27,679 bases of DNA from Octopus sinensis. Taxonomy: Eukaryota. The notes under the pieces were generated by a model, which did no database searches, was not told the origin of the DNA, and saw only the letters and a program-made list of their open reading frames with translations. The DNA lies in contig NW_021832659.1 of assembly GCF_006345805.1 (NCBI RefSeq), forward strand, positions 1 to 27,679, in the 5' to 3' direction. Made by a program: the position numbers and the translations under genes. This document shows positions 8,144 through 21,800 of this stretch, one piece after another; within the stretch, counting starts at the first letter, position 1; each line of letters opens with the position of its first letter.

Positions 8144-11100
8144 ATACCTCTCTTCTCCACAACACATCCCTCCCTCCACCTGTATTCACTCTTCTTTTGC
8201 ACTCTCATGAACTTTTAAGCACACAATCTATCCCTGATGAATACCTCTCTTCTCCACAACACATCCCTCCCTCCACCTGTATTCACTCTTCTTTTGCACT
8301 CTCATGAACTTATATGCACACAATCTATCCCTGATGACTACCTCTCTTCTCCACAACACATCCCTCCCTCAACCTGTATTCACTCTTCTTTTGCACTCTC
8401 GTGAACTTATATGCACACAATCTATCCCTGATGACTACCTATCTTCTCCACAACACATCCCTCCCTCCACCTGTATTCACTCTTCTTTTGCACTCTCATG
8501 AACTGATATGCACACAATCTATCCCTGATGACTACCTCTCTTCTCCACAACACATCCCTCCCTCCACCTGTATTCACTCTTCTTTTGCACTCTCATGAAC
8601 TTATATGCACACAATCTATCCCTGATGACTACCTCTCTTCTCCACAACACATCCCTCCCTCCACCTGTATTCACTCTTCTTTTGCACTCTCATGAACTTA
8701 TATGCACACAATCTATCCCTGATGACTATCTCTCTTCTCCACAGCACATCCCTCCCTCCACCTGTATTCACTCTTCTTTTGCACTCTCATGAACTTATAT
8801 GCACACAATCTATCCCTGATGACTACCTCTCTTCTCCACAACACATCCCTCCCTCCACCTGTATTCACTCTTCATTTGCACTCTCATGAACTTATATGCA
8901 CACAATCTATCCCTGATGAATACCTCTCTTCTCCACAGCACATTCCTCCCTCCACCTGTATTCACTCTTCTTTTGCACTCTCATGAACTTATATGCACAC
9001 AATCTATCCCTGATGAATACCTCTCTACTCCATAACACATCCCTCCCTCCACCTGTATTCACTCTTTTTTGCACTCTCATGAACTTATATGCACACAATC
9101 TATCCCTGATGAATACCTCACTTCTTCACTCACATCCCTCCCTCCACCTGTATTCACTCTTCTTTTGCACTCTCATGAACTTATATGCACACAATCTATC
9201 CCTGATGACTATCTCTCTTCTCCACAACACATCCCTCCCTCCACCTGTATTCACTCTTCTTTTGCACTCTCATGAACTTATATGCACACAATCTATGCCT
9301 GATGAATACCTCTCTTCTCAACAAAACACATCCCTCCTCCACCTGTATTCACTCTTCTTTGCACTCTCATGAACTTATATGCACACAATCTATCCCTGAT
9401 GAATACTTCTCTTATCTCTACAAACTCATCACTCCTCCCACATGTATTCACTCTTCTTTTGCACTCTCATGAACTTATGTGCACACAATTATCCTGATGA
9501 ATACCTCTCTCTCCACAACCACATCCCTCCCTCCATCTGTATTCACTCTTCTTTTGCACTCTCATGAACTTATATGCACACAATCTATCCCTGATGAATA
9601 CCTCTCTTCTCCACAAACATCCCTCCCTCCACCTGTATTCACTCTTCTTTGCTCTCTCATGAACTTATATGCACACAATCTATCCCTGATGAATACCTCT
9701 CTTCTCTCCACAACACATCCCTCCCTCCACCTGTATTCACTCTTCTTTTGCACTCTCATGAACTTATATGCACACAATCTATCCCTGATGAATACTCTTC
9801 TTTCCACAACACATCCTCCCTCCACCTGTATTCACTCTTCTTTTGCACTCTCATGAACTTATATGCACAAATCTATCCCTGATGAATACCTCTCTTCTCC
9901 ACAACACATCCTCCCTCCACCTGTATTCACTCTTCTTTTGCACTCTCATGAACTTATATGCACACAATCTATCCTGATGAATACCTCTTTCTCCACAACA
10001 CATCCCTCCCTCCACTTGTATTCACTCTTCTTTTGCACTTCATGAAATATATGCACACAATCTATCCCTGATGAATACCTCTCTTCTCCACAACACATCC
10101 CTCCCTCCACCAGTATTCACTCTTCTTTTGCACTCTCATGAACTTATATGCACACAATCTATCCCTGATGAATACTCTCTTCTCCACAACACATCCCTCC
10201 CTCCACTTGTATTCACTCTTCTTTTGCACTCTCATGAACTTATATGCACACAATCTATCCCTGATGACTACCTCTCTTCTCCACAACACATCCCTCCCTC
10301 CACCTGTATTCACTCTTCTTTTGCACTCTCAAGAACTTATATGCACACAATCTATCCCTGATGAATACCTCTCTTCTCCACAACACATCCCTCCCTCCAC
10401 CTGTATTCACTCTTCTTTTGCACTCTCATGAACTTATATGCACACAATCTATCCCTGATGACTACCTCTCTTCTCCACAACACATCCCTCCCTCCACCTG
10501 TATTCACTCTTCTTTTGCACTCTCTTGAACTTATATGCACACAATCTATCCCTGATGAATACCTCTCTTCTCCACAACACATCCCTCCCTCCACCTGTAT
10601 TCACTCTTCTTTTGCACTCTCATGAACTTATATGCACAATCAATCCATCCCTGATGAAAACCTCTCTTCTCCACAACACATCCCTCCCTCCCTCCACCTG
10701 TATTCACTCTTCTTTTGCACTCTCATGAACTTTATGCACACAATCTATCCCTGATGATACCTCTCTTCTCCACACATCCCTCCCTCCCTCACCTGTATTC
10801 ACTCTTCTTTTGCACTCTCATGAACTTATATCACACACAATCTATCCCTGATGACTACCTCTCTTCTCCACAACACATCCCTCCCTCCACCTGTCTTCAT
10901 TCACTCTTCTTTTGCACTCTCGTGAACTTATATGCACACAACCTATCCCTGATGACTACCTATCTTCTCCACAACACATCCCTCCCTCCACCTGTATTCA
11001 CTCTTCTTTTGCACTCTCATGAACTTATATGCACACAATCTATCCCTGATGACTACCTCTCCTCTCCACAACACATCCCTCCCTCCACCTGTATTCACTC

Positions 11101-14100
11101 TTCTTTTGCACTCTCATGAACTTATATGCACACAATCTATCCCTGATGACTACCTCTCTTCTCCACAACACATCCCTCCCTCCACCTGTATTCACTCTTC
11201 TTTTGCACTCTCATGAACTTATATGCACACAATCTATCCCTGATGACTATCTCTCTTCTCCACAACACATCCCTCCCTCCACCTGTATTCACTCTTCTTT
11301 TGCACTCTCATGAACTTATATGCACACAATCTATCCCTGATGACTACCTCTCTTCTCCACAACACATCCCTCCCTCCACCTGTATTCACTCTTCTTTTGC
11401 ACTCTCATGAACTTATATGCACACAATCTATCCCTGATGACTACCTCTCTTCTCCACAACACATCCCTCCCTCCACCTGTATTCACTCTTCTTTTGCACT
11501 CTCATGACTTATATGCACACAATCTATCCCTGATGATGACTACCTCTCTTCTCCACAACACATCCCTCCCTCCACCTGTATTCACTCTTCTTTTGCACTC
11601 TCATGAACTTATATGCACACAATCTATCCCTGATGAATACCTCTGACCTCTCCTCACACACATCCCTCCTCCACCTGTATTCACTTTTCTTTTGCACTCT
11701 CATGAACTTATATGCACACAACTATCCCTGATGACTACCTCTCTTCCACAACACATCCCTCCTCCCTCCACCTGTATTCACTCTTCTTTTGCACTCTCAT
11801 GAACTTATATGCACACAATCTATCCCTGATGACTACCTCTCTTCTCCACAACACATCCCTCCCTCCCCTGTATTCACTCTTCTTTGCACTCTCATGAACT
11901 TATATGCACACAATCTATCCCTGATGACTACTACCTCTCTTCTCCACAACACATCCCTCCCTCCACCTGTATTCACTCTTCTTTTGCACTCTCATGAACT
12001 TATATGCACACAATCTATCCCTGATGAATACCTCTCTTCTCCACAACACATCCCTCCCTCCACCTGTATTCACTCTTCTTTGCACTCTCATGAACTATAT
12101 GCACACAATCTATCCCTGATGAATACCTCTCTTCTCCACAACACATCCCTCCCTCCACCTGTATTCACTCTTCTTTTGCACTCTCATGAACTTATATGCA
12201 CACAATCTATCCCTGATGAATACCTCTCTTCTCCACAACACATCCCTCCCTCCACCTGTATTCACTCTTCTTTTGCACTCTCATGAACTTATATGCACAC
12301 AATCTATCCCTGATGAATACCTCTCTTCTCCACAACACATCCCTCCCTCCACCTGTATTCACTCTTCTTTTGCACTCTCATGAACTTATATGAACACAAT
12401 CTATCCCTGATGAATACCTCTCTTCTCTACAACACATCCCTCCCTCCACCTGTATTCACTCTTCTTTTGCACTCTCATGAACTTATATGCACACAATCTC
12501 TCCCTGATGAATACCTCTCTTCTCCACAACACATCCCTCCCTCCACCTGTATTCACTCTTCTTTTGCACTCTCATGAACTTATATGCACACAATCTATCC
12601 CTGGTGAATACCTCTCTTCTCTACAACACATCCCTCCCTCCCTCCTCCCTTCACCTGTATTCCACTCTTCTTTTGCACTCATGAACTTTAAGCACACATC
12701 TATCCCTGATGAATACCTCTCTCTCCACAACACATCCCTCCCTCCACCTGTATTCACTCTTCTTTTGCACTCTCATGAACTTATGCACACATCTATCCCG
12801 AGACTAAATACCTCTCTTCTCCACCAACACATCCCTCACTCAACCTGTATTCACTCTTCTTTTGCACTCTCATGAACTTATTATGCACACAATCTATCCT
12901 GATGAACCCTCTCTCTCTCCACAACACATCCCTCCCTCCTCCTGTATTCACTCTTCTTTGGCACTCTCATGAACTTATATGCACACAATCTATCCCTGAT
13001 GACTACCTCTCTTCTCCACAACATCCCTCCCTCCACCTGTATTCACTCTTCTTTTGCACTCTCATGAACTTATATGCACACAATCTATCCCTGATGAATA
13101 CTCTCTTCTCCACAACACATCCCTCCCTCCACCTGTATTCACTCTTCTTTTGCACTCTCATGAACTTATATGCACACAATCTATCCCTGATGAATACCTC
13201 TCTTCTCCACAACACATCCCTCCCTCCACCTGTATTCACTCTTCTTTTGCACTCTCATGAACTTATATGCACACAATCTATCCCTGATGAATACCTCTCT
13301 TCTCCACAACACATCCCTCCCTCCCCTGTATTCACTCTTCTTTTGCACTCTCATGAACTTATATGCACACAATCTATCCCTGATGAATACCTCTCTTCTC
13401 CACAACACATCCCTCCCTCCACCTGTATTCACTCTTCTTTTGCACTCTCATGAACTTATATGCACACAATCTATCCCTGATGAATACCTCTCTTCTCCAC
13501 AACACATCCTCCTCCACCTGTATTCACTCTTCTTTTGCACTCTCATGAACTTATATGCACACAATCTATCCCTGATGAATACCTCTCTTCTCCACAACAC
13601 ATCCTCCCTCCACCTGTATTCACTCTTCTTTTGCACTCTCATGAACTTATATGCACACAATCTATCCCTGATGAATACCTCTCTTCTCCACAACACATCC
13701 CTCCCTCCACCTGTATTCACTCTTCTTTGCACTCTCATGAACTTATATGCACACAATCTATCCCTGATGAATACCTCTCTTCTCCACAACACATCCCTCC
13801 CTCCACCTGTATTCACTCTTCTTTTGCACTCTCATGAACTTATATGCACACAATCTATCCCTGATGAATACCTCTCTTCTCCACAACACATCCCTCCCTC
13901 CACCTGTATTCACTCTTCTTTTGCACTCTCATGAACTTATATGCACACAATCTATCCCTGATGAATACCTCTCTTCTTCACTCACATCCCTCCCTCCACC
14001 TGTATTCACTCTTCTTTTGCACTCTCATGAACTTATATGCACACAATCTATGCCTGATGAATACCTCTCTTCTCCACAACACATCCCTCCCTCCACCTGT

Positions 14101-15824
14101 ATTCACTCTTCTTTTGCACTCTCATGAACTTATATGCACACAATCTATCCCTGATGAATACCTCTCTTCTCTACAACACATCCCTCCCCTCCGTTGTATT
14201 CACTCTTCTTTTGCACTCTCATGAACTTATATGCACACAATCTATCCCTGATGAATACCTCTCTTCTCCTCAACACACATCCCCCTTTATTCACTCTCTT
14301 TTGCACTCTCATGAACTTATATGCACACAATCTATCCCTGATGAATACCTCTCTTCTCCACAACACATCCCTCCTCCACCTGTATTCACTCTTCTTTTGC
14401 ACTCTCATGAACTTATAGCAACAATCTATCCCTGATGAATACTCTCTTCTCCACAACACATCCCTCCCTCCACCTGTATTCACTCTTCTTTTGCACTCTC
14501 ATGAACTTATATGCACACAATCTATCCCTGATGAATACCTCTCTTCTCCACAACACATCCCTCCCTCCACCTTTATTCACTCTTCTTTTGCACTCTCATG
14601 AACTTATATGCACACAATCTATCCCTGATGAATACCTCTCTTCTCCACAACACATCCCTCCCTCCACCTGTATTCACTCTTCTTTGCACTCTCATGAACT
14701 TATATGCACACAATCTATCCCTGATGAATACCTCTCTTCTCCACAACACATCCCTCCCTCCACCTTTATTCACTCTTCTTTTGCACTCTCATGAACATAT
14801 ATGCACACAATCTATCCCTGATGAATACCTCTCTGCTCTACAACACATCCCTCCCTCAACCTGTATTCACTCTTCTTTTGCACTCTCATGAACTAATATG
14901 CACACAATCTATCCCTGATAAATACCTCTCTTCTCCACAACACATCCCTCCCTCCACCTTTATTCACTCTTCTTTTGCACTCTCATGAACTTATATGCAC
15001 ACAATCTATCCCTGATGAATACCTCTCTTCTCTACAACACATCCCTCCCTCCACCTGTATTCATTCTTCTTTTGCACTCTCATGAACTTATATGCACACA
15101 ATCTATCCCTGATGAATACCTCTCTTCTCCACAACACATCCCTCCCTCCACCTTTATTCACACTTCTTTTGCACTCTCATGAACTTATATGCACACAATC
15201 TATCCCTGATGAATACCTCTCTTCTCCACAACACATCCCTCCCTCCACCTGTATTCACTCTTCTTTTGCACTCTCATGAACTTATATGCACACAATCTAT
15301 CCCTGATGAATACCTCTCTTCTCCACAACACATCCAACCCTCCACCTGTATTCACTCTTCTTTTGCACTCTCATGAACTTATATGCACACAATCTATCCC
15401 TGATGAATACCTCTCTTCTCCACAACACATCCCTTCCTCCACCTGTATTCACTCTTCTTTTGCACTCTCATGAACTGATATGCACACAATCTATCCCTGA
15501 TGAATACCTCTCTTCTCCACAACACATCCCTCCCTCCACCTTTATTCACTCTTCTTTTGCACTCTCATGAACTTATATGCACACAATCTATCCCTGATGA
15601 ATACCTCTCTTCTCCACAACACATCCAACCCTCCACCTGTATTCACTCTTCTTTTGCACTCTCATGAACTTATATGCACACAATCTATCCCTGATGAATA
15701 CATCTCTTCTCCACAACACATCCCTCACTCCACCTGTATTCACTCTTCTTTTGCACTCTCATGAACTTATATGCACACAATCTATCCCTGATGAATACAT
15801 CTCTTCTCCACAATACATCCCTCC
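8144..15824. repeat. 97-bp tandem satellite, about 79 copies
   Basis: Consensus CCTCTCTTCTCCACAACACATCCCTCCCTCCACCTGTATTCACTCTTCTTTTGCACTCTCATGAACTTATATGCACACAATCTATCCCTGATGAATA. ORF starts recur every 97 bp; 7681/97 is about 79. Confidence 0.98.
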
Positions 15825-15832
15825 TTTATGAA

Positions 15833-18800
15833 AGCTTGTGCAGAGACCGGTGCTCCCGTAGGTACGTCAGAGCAAGGTAAATACCTAGTCAGTCTGTATC
15901 ATGTGCAGAGTCCGGTGCTCCCGTATGTACATCAGAACAAGGTAAATAGCTAGTAAGTCTGTAGTTTGTGCAGAGTCCGGTGCTCCCGTAGGTACATCAG
16001 AAAAAGCTAAATACCTAGTAAGTCTTTAGCTTGTGCAGAATCCAGTGCTCTCGTAGGTACATCAGAACAAGGTAAATAACTAGTAAGTCTGTAGCTTGTG
16101 CAGAATCCGCTGCTCCCGTAGGTACATCAGAGCAAGGTAAATAACTAGTCAGTCTGTATCTTGTGCAGAATCCGGTGTTCCCGTAGGTACATCAGAACAA
16201 GGTAAATACCTAGTCAGTCTGTATCATGTGCAGAGTCCGGTGCTCCCGTATGTACATCAGAACAAGGTAAATACCTAGTAAGTCTGTAGCTTGTGCAGAG
16301 TCCGGTGCTCCCGTAGGTACATCAGAACAATGTAAATACCTAGTAAGTCTGTAGCTTGTGCAGAGACAGGAGTTCCCGTAGGTACATCAGAACAAGGTAA
16401 ATGCCTAGTAAGTCTGTAGCTTGTGCAGAATCCGGTGCTCCCTTAAGTACATCAGAACAAGGTTAATACCTAGTAAGTCTGTAGCTTGTGCAGAATCCGG
16501 TGTTCCCGTAGGTACATCAGAGCAAGGTAAATACCTAGTCAGTCTGTATCTTGTGCAGAGTCCGGTGCTCCCGTAGCTACATCAGAGCAAGGTAAATACC
16601 TCGTCAGTCTGTATCATGTGCAGAGTCAGGTGCTCCCGTATGTACATCAGAACAAGGTAAATAGCTAGTAAGTCTGTAGCTTGTGCAGAGTCCGGTGCTC
16701 CCGTAGGTACATCAGAACCAGGTAAATACCTAGTAAGTCTGTAGCTTGTGCAGAGTCCGGTGCTCCCGTAGGTACATCAGAACAAGGTAAATACCTAGTG
16801 AGTCTGTAGCTTGTGCAGAATCCGGTGTTCCCGTCGGTACATCAGAGCAAGGTAAATACCTAGTCAGTCTGTATCTTGTGCAGAGTCCGGTGCTCCCGTA
16901 GGTACACCAGAGCAAGGTAAATACCTAGTAAGTCTGTAGCTTTTGCAGAATCCGGTGCTCGCATAGGTACATCAGAACAAGGTAAATACCTAGTAAGTCT
17001 GTAGCTTGTGCAGATTCCGGTACTCCCGTAGGTAAATCAGAACAAGGTAAAAACCTAGTAAGTCTGTAGCTTGTGCAGAGTCCGGTGCTCCCGTACGTAC
17101 ATTAGAACAAGGTAAATACCTAGCAAGTCTGTAGCTTGTGCAGAGTCCGGTGCTCCCGTAGGTACATCAGAAAAAGATAAATACCTAGTAAGTCTTTAGC
17201 TTGTGCAGAATCCAGTGCTCTCGTAGGTACATCAGAACAAGGTAAATAACTAGGAAGTCTGTAGCTTGTGCAGAATCCGCTGCTCCCGTTGGTACATCAG
17301 AGCAAGGTAAATACCTAGTCAGTCTGTATCTTGTGCAGAATCCGGTGTTCCCGTAGGTACATCAGAACAAGGTAAATACCTAGTCAGTCTGTATCTTGTG
17401 CAGAATCCAGTGCTCTCGTAGGCACATCAGAACAAGGTAAATAGCTAGTAAGTCTGTAGCTTGTGCAGAATCCGGTGCTCCCGAAGGTACATCAGAACCA
17501 GGTAAATACCTAGTAAGTCTGTAGCTTGTGCACAATCCGGTGCACCCGTAGGTACATCAGAACAAGGTAAATACCTAGTCAGTCTGTATCTTGTGCAGAG
17601 TCCGGTGCCCCCTCATGTACATCAGAACAAGGTAAATAGCTAGTAAGTCTGTAGCTTGTGCAGAATCCGGTGCTCCAAAAGGTACATCAGAACCAGGTAC
17701 CTCAGAACAAGGTAAATACCTAGTAACTCTGTAGCTTGTGCACAATCCGGTGCTCCCGTAGGTACATCAGAACAAGGTAAATACCTAGTAAGTCTGTAGG
17801 TTGTGCAGAGACCGGTGCTCCCGTAGGTACATCAGAACAAGGTAAATACCTAGTAAGTCTGTACCTTGTGCAGAGTCCGGTGCCCCCGTACGTACATCAG
17901 AAAAAGGTAAATACCTAGTAAGTCTTTAGATTGTGCAGTATCCGGTGCTCTCGTAGGTACATCAGAACAAGGTAAATAGCTAGTAAGTCTGTAGCTTGTG
18001 CAGAATCCGCTGCTCCCGTAGGAACGTCAGAACAAGGTAAATACCTAGTAAGTCTTTAGCTTGTGCAGAGTCCGGTGCTCCCGTAGGTACATCAGAGCAA
18101 GGTAAATACCAAGTCAGTCTGTATCATGTGCAGAGTCCGGTGCTCCCGTATGTACAACAGAACAAGGTAAAAAGCTATTAAATCTGTAGCTTGTGCAGAG
18201 TCCGGTGCTCCCGTAGGTACATCAGAACAAGGTAAATACCTAGTAAGTCTGTAGCTTATGCAGAGTCCGGTGCTCCCGTAGGTACATCAGAACAAGGTAA
18301 AAACCTAGTAAGTCTGTATCATGTGCAGAATCCGGTGTTCCCGTCGGTACATCAGAGCAAGGTAAATACCTAGTCAGTCTGTATCTTGTGCAGAGTCCGT
18401 TGCTCCCGTAGGTACATCAGAGCAAGGTAAATACCTAGTCAGTCTGTATCATGTGCAGAGTCCGTTGCTCCCGTAGGTACATCAGAACAAGGTAAATACC
18501 TAGTCAGTCAGTATCTTGTGCAGAGTCCGGTGCTCCCGTAGGTACATCAGAACAAGGTAAATACCTAGTAAGACTGTAGCTTGTGCAGAATCCGGTGCTC
18601 TCGTAGGTACATCAGAACAAGGTAAATACCTAGTAAGTCTGTAGCTTGTGCAGAGACCGGTGCTCCCGTAGGTACATCAGAACAAGGTAAATACCTAGTA
18701 AGTCTGTACCTTGTGAAGAGTCCGGTGCTCCCGTAGGTACATCAGAACAAGGTAAATACCTAGTAAGACTGTACCTTGTGCAGAGTCCGGTGCTCCCGGA

Positions 18801-21800
18801 GGTACATCAGAAAAAGGTAAATACCTAGTAAGTCTTTAGCTTGTGCAGAATCCGGTGCTCTCGTAGGTACATCAGAACAAGGTAAATACCTAGTAAGTCT
18901 GTAGCTTTTGCAGAATCCGCTGCTCCCGTAGGTACATCAGAACAAGGTAAATACCTAGTAAGTCTGTAGCTTGTGCAGAATCCGGGGTTCCCGCAGGTAC
19001 ATCAGAGCAAGGTAAATACCTAGTCAGTCTGTATCTTGTGCAGAGTCCGGTGCTCCCGTAGGTACATCAGAGCAAGGTAAATACCTAGTAAGTCTGTAGC
19101 TTGTGCAGAGTCCGGTGCTCCCGTAGGTACATCAGAACAAGGTAAATAGCTAGTAAGTCTTTAGCTTGTGCAGAATCAGGTGCGCTCGTAGGTACATCAG
19201 AACAAGGTATATATCTAGTAAGTCTGTAGCTTGTGCAGAGTCCGGTGCTCCCGTAGGTACATCAGAACAAGGTAAATACCTAGTAAGTCTGTACCTTGTG
19301 CAGAGTCCGGTGCTCCCGTAGGTACATCAGAAAAAGGTAAATACCTAGTAAGTCTTTAGCTTGTGCAGAATCCAGTTCTCTCGTAGGTACATCAGAAAAA
19401 GGTAAATACCTAGTAAGTCTGTAGCTTGTGCAGAATCCGCTGCTCCCGTAGGTACATCAGAGCAAGGTAAATACCTAGTCAGTCTGTATCTTTTGCAGAA
19501 ACCGGTGTTCCCGTAGGTACATCAGAACAAGGTAAATACCTAGTCAGTCTGTATCTTGTGCAGAGTCCGTTGCCCCCGTATGTACATCAGAACAAGTAAA
19601 TAGCTAGTAAGTCTGTAGCTTGTGCAGAATCCGGGGCTCCCGAAGGTACATCAGAACCAGGTAAATACCTAGTAAGTCTGTAGCTTATGCACAATCCGGT
19701 GCTCCCGTAGGTACATCTGAACAAGGTAAATACCTAGTAAGTCTGTAGCTTGTGCAGAGACCGGTGCTCCCGTAGGTACATCAGAACAAGTTAAATACCT
19801 AGTAAGTCTGTACCTTGTGCAGAGTCCGGTGCTCCCGTAGGTACATCAGAAAAAGGTAAATAACTAGTAAGTCTTTAGCTTGTGCAGAATCCGGTGCTCT
19901 CGTAGGTACATCAGAACAAGGTAAATAGCTAGTAAGTCTGTAGCTTGTGCAGAATCCGCTGCTCCCGTAGGAACATCAGAACAAGGTAAATACCTAGTAA
20001 GTCTGTAGCTTGTGCAGAGTCCGGTGCTCCCGTAGGTACATCAGAAAAAGGTAAATACCTAGTAAGTCTGTAGCTTGTGCAGAATCCGGTGCTCTCGTAG
20101 GTACATCAGAACAAGGGAAATACCTAGTAAGTCTGTAGCTTGTGCAAAATCCGCTGCTCCCGTAGGTACATCAGAACAAGGTAAAAAGCTAGTAAGTCTG
20201 TAGCATGTGCAGAATCCGGTGTTCCCGTCGGTACATCAGAGCAAGGTAAACACCTAGTCAGTCTGTATCTTGTGCAGAGTCCGTTGCTCCCGTAGGTACA
20301 TCAGAGCAAGTAAATACCTAGTCAGTCTGTATCATGTGCAGAGTCCGTTGCTCCCGTAGTTTCATCAGAACAAGGTAAATACCTAGTCAGTCAGTATCTT
20401 GTGCAGAGTCCGGTGCTCCCGTAGGTACATCAGAACAAGGTAAATACCTAGTAAGACTGTAGCTTGTGCAGAATCCGGTGCTCTCGTAGGTACATCAGAA
20501 CAAGGTAAATACCTAGTAAGTCTGTAGCTTGTGCAGAGACCGGTGCTCCCGTAGGTACATCAGAACAAGGTAAATACCTAGTTAGTCTATACCTTGTGAA
20601 GAGTCCGGTGCTCCCGTAGGTACATCAGAACAAGGTAAATACCTAGTAAGACTGTACCTTGTGCAGAGTCCGGTGCTCCCGGAGGTACATCAGAAAAAGG
20701 TAAATACCTAGTAAGTCTTTAGCTTGTGCAGAATCCGGTGCTCTTGTAGGTACATCAGAACAAGGTAAATACCTAGTAACTCTGTAGCTTTTGCAGAATC
20801 CGCTGCTCCCGTAGGTACATCAGAACAAGGTAAATACCTAGTCAGTCTGTATCTTGTGCAGAGTCCGGTGCTCCCGTAGGAACATCAGAACAAGGTAAAT
20901 AGCTAGTAAGTCTTTAGCTTGTGCAGAATCAGGTGCGCTCGTAGGTACATCAGAACAAGGTATATACCTAGTAAGTCTGTAGCTTGTGCAGAGTCCGGTG
21001 CTCCCGTTGGTACATCAGAACAAGGTAAATACCTAGTAAGTCTGTACCTTGTGCAGAGTCCGGTGCTCCCGTAGGTACATCAGAAAAAGGTAAATACCTA
21101 GTAAGTCTTTAGCTTGTGCAGAATCCAGTGCTCTCGTAGGTACATCAGAACAAGTTAAATACCTAGTAAGTCTGTAGCTTGTGCAGAATCCGCTGCTCCC
21201 GTAGGTACATCAGAGCAAGGTAAATACCTAGTCAGTCTGTATCTTGTGCAGAAACCGGTGTTCCCGTAGGTACATCAGAACAAGGTAAATACCTAGTCAG
21301 TCTGTATCTTGTGCAGAGTCCGTTGCCCCCGTATGTACATCAGAACAAGGTAAATAGCTAGTAAGTCTGTAGCTTGTGCAGAATCCGGGGCTCCCGAAGG
21401 TACATCAGAACCAGGTAAATACCTAGTAAGTCTGTAGCTTATGCACAATCCGGTGCTCCCGTAGGTACATCTGAACAAGGTAAATACCTAGTAAGTCTGT
21501 AGCTTGTGCAGAGACCGGTGCTCCCGTAGGTACATCAGTACAAGTTAAATAACTAGTAAGTCTGTACCTTGTGCAGAGTCCGGTGCTCCCGTAGGTACAT
21601 CAGAAAAAGGTAAGTACCTAGTAAGTCTTTAGCTTGTGCAGAATCCGGTGCTCTCGTAGGTACATCAGAACAAGGTAAATAGCTAGTAAGTCTGTAGCTT
21701 GTGCAGAATCCGCTGCTCCCGTAGGAACATCAGAACAAGGTAAATACCTAGTAAGTCTGTAGCTTGTGCAGAGTCCGGTGCTCCCGTAGGTACATCAGAA

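Noticed and set aside
8122-15764. Repetitive protein ORFs (MNLYAHNLSL..., HSHELICTQS...)
   Set aside because: 97 is not a multiple of 3, so frames rotate and stop about every two monomers; longer ORFs arise only from indels.
8144-15824. Satellite-encoded hammerhead ribozyme (CTGATGA in nearly every monomer, as in newt and schistosome satellites)
   Set aside because: The consensus + strand has no downstream GAAA box and no stem II, and 6 G per 97 nt cannot form the helices. The 65-mer minus strand has CTGATGT, also without a complete core.
8144-15824. Tandem C/D-box snoRNA cluster (TGATGA and CTGA motifs)
   Set aside because: The two motifs overlap in one heptamer, with no terminal stem and no spacer between units.
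19680-19700. 65-mer variant CTTATGCACAATC resembling 97-mer CTTATATGCACACAATC, suggesting exchange between arrays
   Set aside because: Reachable by two point changes from GTGCAGAATC, and the intermediate GTGCACAATC exists at ~17528 and ~17738.
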